Part shown: in pieces, positions 29,827 to 38,930 of the stretch | Layout of the letters: each line of letters opens with the position of its first letter | How positions within the stretch are numbered: position 1 is the stretch's first letter | NCBI GenBank assembly: GCA_037137755.1 | Contig: JBAXJR010000002.1 | Span: 32,001 to 96,000, forward strand | Direction: 5' to 3' | Origin: Methanomicrobiales archaeon | GTDB taxonomy: Archaea > Halobacteriota > Methanomicrobia > Methanomicrobiales > Methanospirillaceae | Length of the DNA: 64,000 nt | Notes under the pieces: model-generated | What the model was told of the DNA's origin: nothing | Databases searched by the model: none | Seen by the model: only the letters and a program-made list of their open reading frames with translations | Translations under genes and position numbers: made by a program

Positions 29827-31140
29827 ATGCAAAAAAAATCAATCATATGGGGTATTATCCTGATAATACTCCTGTCGTTTGTCGGGTTTACAGCAGGGGC
29901 TGTTAACACGACCACCAGTTCAAGTAGTTCGGCTGATCCGACCTCACTTGTATATGTTACTTCAGTCAGTATGGACCCTGAGGTATTTTTCCCCTATGAA
30001 GAGGGTACGGTTACCATCACGCTGGCGAACAAAGGTGATACGGCCATAGGGCTTGAAAATCCTCAAATTCTTAGCAAGAATGTCCACATTACGAGCGATG
30101 ATGCATGGAATACCGTCACCTACATCGGACCGGGAACTGAGGCGACCTACACAATCCCGATCACAGTTGTACCCCCGGAAGGGACCTATTATCCGTTATT
30201 CTCTCTGGGTACCAAAACCGGGCTGAGTATTCATTACCCTATCACCGTGAAGATCGATTCGACAGATCTCGAGGCATTAATTTCAGGTGAACCTGATACC
30301 TTTGCCCTTTCTACTAAAGAGACTGTCAACCTGACCCTTATCAACCCACGTTCCGGTGCACTCGATGATATCCTGATCAGTGCTTGTGGAAGCGGTCTTG
30401 AAGTCAGCCCTTCCCAGAAATATATCAGCTACCTGGGCGGGCAAAGTTCGACCGTAATCCCGTTTTCGGTTACTGCCCGCCAGGATTCAAGTCTTACCTT
30501 TAATATCAGTTACCGGAACGGGGATAGCAAACATGCGGTTGACCTGGTCATTCCCGTCACTATTGGTGCGGACAAGACCGCGGCAGTACCAATCGTCAAT
30601 AATATTGCACAAACCCAGAAGGGGTCATATTATGACCTCACCGGGGATATCACCAATGCAGGGATCACCGATGCAAACGGGCTCGTGGTGACTACCGGGT
30701 CTCCGGCACAAGGTACGGGGACATACCCGGAATATGTCATCGGATCCCTGGCATCCGATGATTCTTCGAGTTTTGAAGTGACGTTCACCACCACGGATCT
30801 CTCATCAGTACCCCTGGTCATAACATGGAAAAATGAGGATGGCGATGATTACAAGGTAACAAAGGTCCTTAACCTCAACTCGGCATCAGGTTCCGCCAGT
30901 TCAGCAGCAGGAACAGGATCCGGTACAGCATCCGGATCATCCACCGTGCAGGCAGGAGGTCCGGGCGGGGCTCCTCCGGGCATGGGTGGCCCCAGTGGCA
31001 GCACCAGCTTGTTCAGCAGTAGCAAAGGGAACGGCATCAGTTCATTCTACCCGGTAATTGCAGCAGGTATCATCGTCGTGATTGGTATCGTGCTGTGGAC
31101 GAAACGAAAATGGCTCTCGGCGAAGCTGAAGAAAAAATGA
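29827..31140 (+). CDS. COG1361-like surface/accessory protein with C-terminal TM
   Basis: Signal peptide; Ig-like beta domains; GDITNAG..YPEYVIGSLASDDSSSFEVTF; Gly/Pro/Ser linker (GGPGGAPPGMGGP); TM and basic tail. Confidence 0.85.
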   Translation: MQKKSIIWGIILIILLSFVGFTAGAVNTTTSSSSSADPTSLVYVTSVSMDPEVFFPYEEGTVTITLANKGDTAIGLENPQILSKNVHITSDDAWNTVTYIGPGTEATYTIPITVVPPEGTYYPLFSLGTKTGLSIHYPITVKIDSTDLEALISGEPDTFALSTKETVNLTLINPRSGALDDILISACGSGLEVSPSQKYISYLGGQSSTVIPFSVTARQDSSLTFNISYRNGDSKHAVDLVIPVTIGADKTAAVPIVNNIAQTQKGSYYDLTGDITNAGITDANGLVVTTGSPAQGTGTYPEYVIGSLASDDSSSFEVTFTTTDLSSVPLVITWKNEDGDDYKVTKVLNLNSASGSASSAAGTGSGTASGSSTVQAGGPGGAPPGMGGPSGSTSLFSSSKGNGISSFYPVIAAGIIVVIGIVLWTKRKWLSAKLKKK

Positions 31141-31151
31141 AGGGATTATCG

Positions 31152-31832
31152 ATGTTTGATAGACCCCTAATCCAGCTTACTGATGTCTCCAAGGTATACC
31201 ACCTTGAAAGTGGGGACTTTTCAGCGCTTAACCATGTATCGCTGGATATAATGGAGAACGAATTTGTCGCTATCATGGGTCCTTCTGGTTCCGGAAAATC
31301 AACCATGATGAACCATCTGGGTATCCTTGATGTCCCGACATCAGGTGAGCTCTTTATCGATGGAAAAAACGTGGCACACATGACAAACCTTGAACGGACG
31401 CATATGCGGAGGGATATTATCGGGTAAGTATTCCAGAAATTTTACTTAATCCCGCTCCTTTCCGCATATGAGAACGTTGAATACCCGCTCATCCTGAAAT
31501 ACAAAAAACGGGACGCGACCGGTAAAGCAGCAGCAGTTCTCAAATCCGTAGGGCTTGACAAGGTGATGGGTGAACATCGCCCCAACCAGCTTTCCGGGGG
31601 CCAGCAGCAGCGTGCGGCAATCGCACGGGCCCTTGTCAATGACCCGAAGATTATCCTCTGCGATGAACCGACAGGTAACCTGGACCGGAAAACAGGGTTC
31701 CAGATCATGGATATCCTCTGCGGATTGCACGAAGAGGGAAAGACCGTTATCCTGGTGACTCATGACCCGAAGATTGCAGAGTATGCACACCGCACGATAA
31801 TACTGGAAGATGGGAGGATCGCGAGCTCATGA
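31152..31832 (+). pseudogene. LolD/MacB-type ABC ATPase interrupted by an in-frame TAA
   Basis: Walker A GPSGSGKST, then [15 protein letters not shown] (TAA at 31425-31427), continuing in the same frame to [19 protein letters not shown] and VTHD. Confidence 0.9.
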
Positions 31833-33040
31833 GAGATATTTTCTTCGATTTATCCGTCAGGAGTGTCCGGCTGAACTACCTGAGATCAATCCTCGCATCA
31901 GTAGGGATTGTAATAGGTGTTGTCGCCATTTCCGCAATGGGAATGCTCGGGACTAATATGCAGCTGGAAGTAAAAGACCAGCTGTCCGCAGGTGCTAATA
32001 CCCTCGTCATCACCCCGGATGCTGTCAGGATGGGCCCTCCGGGGTCGGCTCCCAGTTCCTCCGACTCGTCGCAGGTAATATCCAAGGCCCAACTGAGTAA
32101 AATCAGGATTGCTGCAGGAACTAATGCAAGTGCTATTATTCCCGTTTATTCGAAAAATACCGAGTTCGTTCTCGGTTCTGTGCCAGGCAGGGGCATGCTC
32201 TACGGGATCGACCCTGATGATCTCACGTCGTTTCTCACGATCGCAAACGTTACAAACATTAACGGAATAAATGATGCACTTGTGGGGTCAACTATTGCCA
32301 CCAACTTTGACTTAAAAATCGGTAGCAGGATCAAGATTGGATCGAGTACAGCAGATTCCCGCCCGGAGGCCCGGATTGTAGGGATCCTCGAAGAACGGGG
32401 AATGGCATCGGACCGTGTCAGTACTGACAATGCAATTGTTGTATCCGATACATGGTATACCAACCAGTACGGCGGGGAAAATGAGTACCCGCAGGTAAAT
32501 GTGATTGTTAAGAACATCGATTCGATAACCGGTGTCGAAGCGGCAATTGACGCGAAACTCAATACAGATGAGAAAAAGCCAGTTATCAGGATCCAGGACG
32601 CAAGTTCACGGTTATCGAGTATCACCTCGACGCTTGGAACGATGACCACGTTTATACTGGCGATAGGAGCCATCTCGCTCCTGGTCGCTGCCACCAGCAT
32701 CTTCAATGTGATGATGATGTCGGTCACCGAGCGGGTGCATGAGATCGGAATCCTTCTTTCGATTGGAACAGAGCGTGGGGAAGTCCGCAGGATGTTCCTG
32801 TACGAGGCGATCATACTCGGTATTATCGGCGGAGGTGTAGGGGCTATCAGCAGCCTCGTCATCGGCTATTCCGTCGTGAGTGCCATGATCGGGACAACGA
32901 ATTATTTCTTCCTGCCTGAAAGTATCCTGTATATCCCCCTTGGCATGGTTATTGGTATCATTGTCTGTGTAATCTCCGGGCTCTACCCTGCATGGCGGGC
33001 ATCGAACATGGACCCGATCGACGCACTGAAAAGCGAGTGA
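31829..33040 (+). CDS. MacB/FtsX-family ABC permease
   Basis: RSILASVGIVIGV; ISLLVA..IFNVMMMSVTERVHEIGILLSIG; YPAWRASNMDPIDALK. Confidence 0.93.
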   Translation: MRDIFFDLSVRSVRLNYLRSILASVGIVIGVVAISAMGMLGTNMQLEVKDQLSAGANTLVITPDAVRMGPPGSAPSSSDSSQVISKAQLSKIRIAAGTNASAIIPVYSKNTEFVLGSVPGRGMLYGIDPDDLTSFLTIANVTNINGINDALVGSTIATNFDLKIGSRIKIGSSTADSRPEARIVGILEERGMASDRVSTDNAIVVSDTWYTNQYGGENEYPQVNVIVKNIDSITGVEAAIDAKLNTDEKKPVIRIQDASSRLSSITSTLGTMTTFILAIGAISLLVAATSIFNVMMMSVTERVHEIGILLSIGTERGEVRRMFLYEAIILGIIGGGVGAISSLVIGYSVVSAMIGTTNYFFLPESILYIPLGMVIGIIVCVISGLYPAWRASNMDPIDALKSE

Positions 33041-33277
33041 TTACGGCAGAGATACCGCTCGTAGAACTATGTGGATTATATAAGCCATAATCCTGGGTAA
33101 TTACGCAGTGCCGGGCTGGAGCCCCCCATTTTTAGATTTTGGGGTTTTATCTCTCCCTGATACAATAATTTTCTTTAATACTGTTCCCCCGACTACAACT
33201 TTAATCATTGACCCTCAGACAATTTTAGCCTGATATATTCAACGTTCTGGTTCAATTATTCCACTCCCCTATGCAGT

Positions 33278-33372
33278 ATATCACTCCTCGCATGCGCCGA
33301 ATATAACTCCGTGCCCGGAAACGGAATCCATGATGATTTCCTGATCGGGGATCATCAGAAAAAGGAGGTGAT
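33278..33372 (+). promoter_or_regulatory. Promoter-like 30-mer + hairpin unit, copy 1
   Basis: atatcactcctcgcatgcgccgaatataac, then hairpin tgatgat..atcatca (33331-33357) and aaggaggtgatc. Confidence 0.5.
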
Positions 33373-34045
33373 CGTAAGCGGAACGAGTAAACAAGGTTGG
33401 AATATACTTGATCGGACAGCAGGATTACTATCGTATTCCCCCCCGGTAGGTCTGGTGATCACAGGCAGGAACTTCTTATTGACCATGATGAAAAAATCCG
33501 TGGAAAACCCCGCCCGGGTAACAGGAGTGTAATCACCGGGCCCGGGAGAAAAGGCCGGAAAATATTCAGACGGAAAACTACGTGTGAAGGATAAACAACG
33601 AGCGCAATCAAAGGATAAGAGATCGATACCCTGGATCGCACAGGGATTTTTCTGGTGTGGGTCTGAGCCAGTGAAAAATCGGCACCACTACCATTAAAAA
33701 CCTGTTTCAACGATGTAATTCTCCCATCAGGAAAAAGAATGGACAGGCACCCGACAACCCATCCATTCTTTACCGGGTATCTGTGATACCATTTTTCCCA
33801 TTCTTTGAAAAAACGTTCCAGGCAGGGACTGCAATCATCATGAGACCTTTGCTCACTTGGTTTACCCGGCTGTGATAGAATTCTGAACTTTTTGCGGTAA
33901 CGGCTCCCGGCAGAGTTTCCGTATCGCTTGTTACAGTCGAAGGCGATTTCCGGGGAATAAGCCTGTGGATTATCAGGGATCGGATTATCTTTTTTGAGAT
34001 ATTATCTTCACGAGGTGGTGCTATTAATGGCCTCCCCGGTTCATC

Positions 34046-34137
34046 ATATCACTCCACGTATGAACCGAATATAACAGGGCCGGTGGTTATTCTTATCCGG
34101 ATGATTCTACCCGGAGTAGATCATCGGAAGAAGGATG
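34046..34137 (+). promoter_or_regulatory. Promoter-like 30-mer + hairpin unit, copy 2
   Basis: atatcactccacgtatgaaccgaatataac (26/30 identical to copy 1), then hairpin gatga.tctac..gtaga.tcatc and gaagaaggatg. Confidence 0.5.
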
Positions 34138-34335
34138 CAAATTAAAACCCTGGAGATCCGTCAGGGCCTGGGTTATAATCACGTCCGGTTACCGCGGTGA
34201 TTTGCGATAACTTCTACCATACCAGCCACTCGAATTTTCGGGTTTCAGCCAGTTACGAAATAAGAGATGACGTATACGTGTATCCTGGTACCAGGTAGGT
34301 ACCATGCCACGATAGTTCTAAAAGAGAGGTATCTC

Positions 34336-34689
34336 ATGAAAAAAAGCAGGATATCCATGCTGATTGTTTCAGCAATCCTTGTCGCAGGAATTTTCTGTGC
34401 GGGATGTACAGATTCGGGTAGTGCTACAACGCAATCCGGGACTAATTCAGGTGCAACAGTACAGCCCCAGTCTTCTACTTCACCAAATACAGAAAAACCA
34501 AACTGGGTCTCACCAGCAACTCCACCTGATCAGGTAATGACCGTAAAAGATGGGCCGCAGTTCAACCAGTCTGATGCTCCTTCAGGAACACCCCCGTCCG
34601 GAGTGATGATAAATGGCCCCCGTCCATCAGGTACTCCCCCATCAGGTGGCGGTCAGCCTCCATCCGGTACTCCGCCAACCGGTCAGTAA
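34336..34689 (+). CDS. Small Pro/Gly/Ser/Thr-rich lipoprotein
   Basis: GAGGT RBS; lipobox IFCAGC; three PSGTPP(S/T)G repeats at the C-terminus. Confidence 0.8.
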   Translation: MKKSRISMLIVSAILVAGIFCAGCTDSGSATTQSGTNSGATVQPQSSTSPNTEKPNWVSPATPPDQVMTVKDGPQFNQSDAPSGTPPSGVMINGPRPSGTPPSGGGQPPSGTPPTGQ

Positions 34690-34807
34690 TGTGTTCCATC
34701 TGATAATCAGTGGGCCCTGTCATACGGTGGTTGACCAAAGGACCTGCTGAGAAACCAGGTCCTGTATGAGGGCCCACTGGCAGCAGTTGAAAAAATGTAA
34801 TTATTCA

Positions 34808-35155
34808 GGCTTTGTTGAAACCCTGCATATTTTTTAAAAAGAGGGGATACGTTGACATGAGGGGGTTTCGCCCTTCCCCCAATAAGATATCCATTGAGTA
34901 AGGGTTCATTGTAGGCATTCAGGAAAATTTCAGAGATTTAAAAGATTATTCCCTATCCCAACCCGGGGTCCCCAGAGCGGCGGACCATGAGCCCCGGGTG
35001 CGTGACTAAATATCGGAGTAACCTAAACGCCAGGATTGATTAAAAAGGGTTCCCCATGTAAATGCCTGAACGATCCCCCAATACGTGGAGATTTAGAAAT
35101 GATATTTTCATGGTTCGGGTGTGAAATTCTCGTTCATGTGTGTTTCTACAGAGCC
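34808..35155 (+). mobile_element. MITE-family copy E (348 bp)
   Basis: Left end GGCTTTGTTGAAAC, right end GTTTCTACAGAGCC; flanks attattca / attattcc (7/8 direct repeat); core shared with copy F. Confidence 0.85.
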
Positions 35156-35187
35156 ATTATTCCCATTTATTTTTGGAAAATGGGGTT

Positions 35188-37212
35188 TCAGGGCCTGATT
35201 TTTTTCAGGTCCGTAAGTATTTCTGTGACTGAGGCATACCGGTTTCCCGGATTTTTCTTCATGCATTTGAGAATGATTTCCTGAATTACCGTGCCCTCCG
35301 CTCCAGGTAATTGCGGCAGTACTGGGTCATCATAGAGGATAGCGTGCATTATCGCTGCGATACCCTCCCTCCTGAATGGTACATTCCCTGTCACCAGATC
35401 ATACAGCAGGACCCCTAGCTGGTAGATGTCTGTCCATGGTCCGGTGTCCCCGAAAAGGTTCGGGGCCAGCTGTTCAGGTGCTGCAAAATCCGGGGAAAAG
35501 CTGATGAGTGCGGTCTGTTTTGTATCGGTAAGTGCTTTTGCAAGTCCCCAGTCGGTAATTTTCGGGACTCCCTCGTCAGACATAAGGACATTTTCCGGCT
35601 TGATGTCCCGGTGAATGATACCCCGTTCATGGGCGTATTGAAGACCTTCAGCCACACCGGTAATAATTTCAACTGATTTATCGATTGAAAGGGGAAGCCG
35701 CATTTCCGCAAGGGAGGTCCCGAAATATTCAATTTCAATATAGGGTACCGGGAAAATATTTGCTGAATAAATCTCCACAATATTTTTGTGGTGAAGCCCC
35801 TGCCAGAGTTGAAGCTCTTTGGTGAAATGGGTCCCTGTTACCTCATCAAACCGTATGGGGACTTTAATGGCAATGGTTCTTCCCTCGGCATCCTTTGCAC
35901 GGAATACCCGCCCGACTCCGCCTTCACCCATATATTCTGCTCCGGGGTACTTCTCACCGAGGGAAGGCGGGAGACGGGCTGCATAGTGCCGCTGATCCTC
36001 AGGAACCGCATCCCCATGCCCCGGGTACCCGATCGTATTCACAACCGTGTTACTCTGGGATTGTGTCCCTTCGTTCCGGTCATCCCTCCCGTGTCTTTTG
36101 CGCCACCAGCTCCTTTCATACCAGATACCCGCAACCGCCGATACAACGATTATGATCGGAATTATCCACCATAACGGGCCAAGGTTTCCAGGGAAGGGTG
36201 GGGGTTGGTTCTGGATAGAACCCGGGCCTGCTGAAAACGGGTTATTATTCAGTGGCTGACCTGCAGGGGCCGTTACAGGCATATCGGCAACCCGTATCAT
36301 GGTATAGGACAAGGGGGGCTTTGAAAGGGGTGCATAATCAGTAATTGATGCACTCATCATCTGGTTTCCTGGAGAACCCGGGCCTGTATTCTGCGATATA
36401 TACTGAATGTTCCGTGCAATCTGCTCACTGGCATTATCCCCGTTACCTGGGATCATGAAATTCCCGAGCACCCCGGAACCGGTATTCTGTACGATGAAGG
36501 GAACGTCTCCTACTCCATCACCATTTGCATCTTCCCCCTGGTAATCCGTCCAGAAATTTCCGAGAGAACCGGTCAGGTTTTTTCCACCATACTGGTACTG
36601 CAATGGGGTACTGTCCCATAACAGGTCTGGGGACTGGCTCATCACATTCATGGGATTGTCAAAGTAATTCAGAAATACTTTGTTCATCTGCGACTTGCGG
36701 TCCGCATAGATCCCAACCGAGTTATTGACGAGAATATTGTTGGAAATTTCGTTATGTTCCGCGGATTCCAATCCGATTCCACGTTGAAGTCCGGTGATGC
36801 TGGAGTTATGAATCTTATTATTTTCCGACTGTATGAGAATACCATATCGGGCAGTCCCCGAGAGGGTTATGCCATCAACAACGATGCCACTGGCACTCAG
36901 CGTGATCCCCGCAATACCATCACCGGATATTATTTCCGGCGGATTCTCCATATCCAGCGCTCCAAGAACAATTGACCGGTTTATGACAAGATTTTCTTGC
37001 CAGGCACCATTTTTCAGAAGGATTGTATCCCCATTTTCAGCAGTACTAACCATGCCCTGCAGGGAACTGTTGCCTTCGTCCGCCGGGTAGATAAACACAG
37101 TAGCGGTTGCCGGGGATGAAACGAGGTAGAGAACTACCAGTACCAGGACAACCAGGATGTTCCTTGTTGCCGATATCGTCCTTACCCGCGGACTTCCTGC
37201 CCTCATAATCAC
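35188..37212 (-). CDS. Receptor-like Ser/Thr protein kinase (NosD-type beta-helix ectodomain, TM, Hanks kinase)
   Basis: Signal peptide; parallel beta-helix with GNFWTDYQGEDANGDGVGDVPF; TM WWIIPIIIVVSAVAGIWY; GEGGVGRV, IAIK, HRDIKPEN, DWG, AAPEQ, DIYQLG. Confidence 0.92.
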   Translation of the reverse strand: MIMRAGSPRVRTISATRNILVVLVLVVLYLVSSPATATVFIYPADEGNSSLQGMVSTAENGDTILLKNGAWQENLVINRSIVLGALDMENPPEIISGDGIAGITLSASGIVVDGITLSGTARYGILIQSENNKIHNSSITGLQRGIGLESAEHNEISNNILVNNSVGIYADRKSQMNKVFLNYFDNPMNVMSQSPDLLWDSTPLQYQYGGKNLTGSLGNFWTDYQGEDANGDGVGDVPFIVQNTGSGVLGNFMIPGNGDNASEQIARNIQYISQNTGPGSPGNQMMSASITDYAPLSKPPLSYTMIRVADMPVTAPAGQPLNNNPFSAGPGSIQNQPPPFPGNLGPLWWIIPIIIVVSAVAGIWYERSWWRKRHGRDDRNEGTQSQSNTVVNTIGYPGHGDAVPEDQRHYAARLPPSLGEKYPGAEYMGEGGVGRVFRAKDAEGRTIAIKVPIRFDEVTGTHFTKELQLWQGLHHKNIVEIYSANIFPVPYIEIEYFGTSLAEMRLPLSIDKSVEIITGVAEGLQYAHERGIIHRDIKPENVLMSDEGVPKITDWGLAKALTDTKQTALISFSPDFAAPEQLAPNLFGDTGPWTDIYQLGVLLYDLVTGNVPFRREGIAAIMHAILYDDPVLPQLPGAEGTVIQEIILKCMKKNPGNRYASVTEILTDLKKIRP

Positions 37213-37221
37213 TATCAGAGT

Positions 37222-37989
37222 TCACTCATTTACAATAAAAAGGAACCGTGCAGAATTTTTTCCCATTGCAAGGTCGATAACGTCACCATTTTTCAACGGG
37301 GTCTTAACCTTTTGTTTAATTGACTCCGAGTTTACAAAGGTACCCCCGGAACTGCCATAGTCCTCGATTTTCCAACCGGGCCCGATTTTTGAAAGGATTG
37401 CATGTGGTTTTGTGATCCTTGTTACTACAATATACTCTTCAGCTAGCACAATGTCCCCTTCGGTTGTCATTGATGGTGTGTCAGGATCGATCCTTCCGAT
37501 AAGGACGCGGTCCTTTTTAATCAGGTACGTCACACCCGCATTCTTACCTTCCAGGAGGTGGAGTGCAGGGAAATCATTTCCTGATTCCCTGAGCACTGCT
37601 GCCCGCACCGAATCAAGGCGTCCCTGGATATCACCGTACCCGATCGGGATATTAATCCTTGAAAAGACCCCCATATTTTTAATGAGCGTTTCCATGCCCC
37701 CCTCTGCGAGTGAAAATTTCCAGACCGGATGAATTCCTTTAGCGGTCTCCCTTCCAAAACCCGCCTCTTTCTTCACAAGCCCGATATGGACGAGCTGGTC
37801 GATGTGCTTTTTGGTGTTTGCATAGCTCGTCTCGATACGGGCGGAGATCTCACTGATCTCCTTTGGCTCCCGCTCGATAACCTTGATTATTTTCAACCGT
37901 ATCGGGTTGGAAAGCACGTCCAGATATTCGGACAGTTCCTGTAAAAACGCGGGGTCCGTTGAAATTGAAATTGTTTCTCTCTCGGTCAT
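37222..37989 (-). CDS. ArsR-type wHTH + FHA domain transcriptional regulator
   Basis: LSNPIRLKIIK..ISEIS..SYANTKKHIDQL..IGLV; C-terminal IGR..TRITKPHA..IEDYGSSGGTFVN..LKNGDVI; 9 bp upstream of the kinase. Confidence 0.88.
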   Translation of the reverse strand: MTERETISISTDPAFLQELSEYLDVLSNPIRLKIIKVIEREPKEISEISARIETSYANTKKHIDQLVHIGLVKKEAGFGRETAKGIHPVWKFSLAEGGMETLIKNMGVFSRINIPIGYGDIQGRLDSVRAAVLRESGNDFPALHLLEGKNAGVTYLIKKDRVLIGRIDPDTPSMTTEGDIVLAEEYIVVTRITKPHAILSKIGPGWKIEDYGSSGGTFVNSESIKQKVKTPLKNGDVIDLAMGKNSARFLFIVNE

Positions 37990-38373
37990 TTGCTAAAAAC
38001 ACCCGGGATATGTTAGTTGCACACAGGGATTCTGCAGGTGTGATTCATTAAACTATCCCTGTTTCTTGATAAACGGGATTGTTCTCTCTCACCCTTAGTA
38101 AGGCCTTGCGAATATTAACCTGTTGAATCTTAAAAAACAGGATATATAATCGATGATCGAATCCGGTGATATTAATCCCCGGAATGGAACATGATCTCAC
38201 TACTACAATATCTCCATTATAGTAACCGTGCTGACAGGGGAGAAAGGATAATCAAACTGATTATTGGGTTGTGATAACGAAAAAAATACCGGATAACTCG
38301 ATATTATTGCATAACAAAAAGGAGCCCTTCTATTCATGATTACAAAACCAGGTGTGTGAACCTCTGGTCCCCG

Positions 38374-38853
38374 CTAGTCCTGTGCAGTCATCTCGATCTC
38401 GACCATCGCACCCCTGGGCAATCCTGCGACCTGAATGGTTGAGCGGGCAGGAGATGAATTTCCTATGTAATGTGCATATATTGTATTGACGGTACTAAAA
38501 TCAGATAAATTTGTCAGGTATATCCGGGTAACAACCACATCGGAAAAGTCAAGACCTGATTCCCGCAGTATCTCCTGCAAATTCCTCATTACCTGGTCTG
38601 TCTGCCCCTCAATTGTGCTGGAAAGGTTACCTGTCTCCGGGTCAATACCGATCTGTCCGGAGGTATAGACGAGATTATCGGAATGAATCGCCTGGCTGTA
38701 GGGACCGATCGGTCTGGGTGCCTTATCGGTAACAATAACCTGTTTCTGGTGATGGGGTGGAATGAGGACTACAAGGCTCATCACGATCATTCCCAAAAGA
38801 AAACATGCGATAACCAGCAACAGGGTATTTCTGTCAACTTTCAGATCACTCAT
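38374..38853 (-). CDS. ridA: RidA/YjgF-family imine deaminase with N-terminal hydrophobic anchor
   Basis: APRPIGPYSQAI, YTSGQIG, PARSTIQV..LPRG..VEIE; preceded by a TM-like stretch of about 20 aa. Confidence 0.85.
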   Translation of the reverse strand: MSDLKVDRNTLLLVIACFLLGMIVMSLVVLIPPHHQKQVIVTDKAPRPIGPYSQAIHSDNLVYTSGQIGIDPETGNLSSTIEGQTDQVMRNLQEILRESGLDFSDVVVTRIYLTNLSDFSTVNTIYAHYIGNSSPARSTIQVAGLPRGAMVEIEMTAQD

Positions 38854-38930
38854 TTATACCAGCCTCTCCTGTACTATCTATCGGAAATTCTGTCCCAAAT
38901 ACTTATTTGTCTGCTCATGAGACCGGATTA

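Noticed and set aside
31425-31427. Recoded stop (Sec or Pyl) in the ABC ATPase
   Set aside because: The codon is TAA, and the position expects an aromatic residue.
33330-33344. Box C/D sRNA (ATGATGA..CTGA)
   Set aside because: The boxes are 4 nt apart with no guide region or C'/D pair, and the sister copy lacks CTGA. A simple hairpin explains both copies.
33361-33372. 16S rRNA 3'-end fragment on the minus strand (GATCACCTCCT)
   Set aside because: Only the anti-SD word matches; the flanks lack 16S helix 45 sequence.
29020-34200. Recurring GATTA/TAATC words, e.g. GGATTAT-n7-ATAATCC at about 33073-33093
   Set aside because: Short, with inconsistent spacing; cannot be distinguished from chance by eye.
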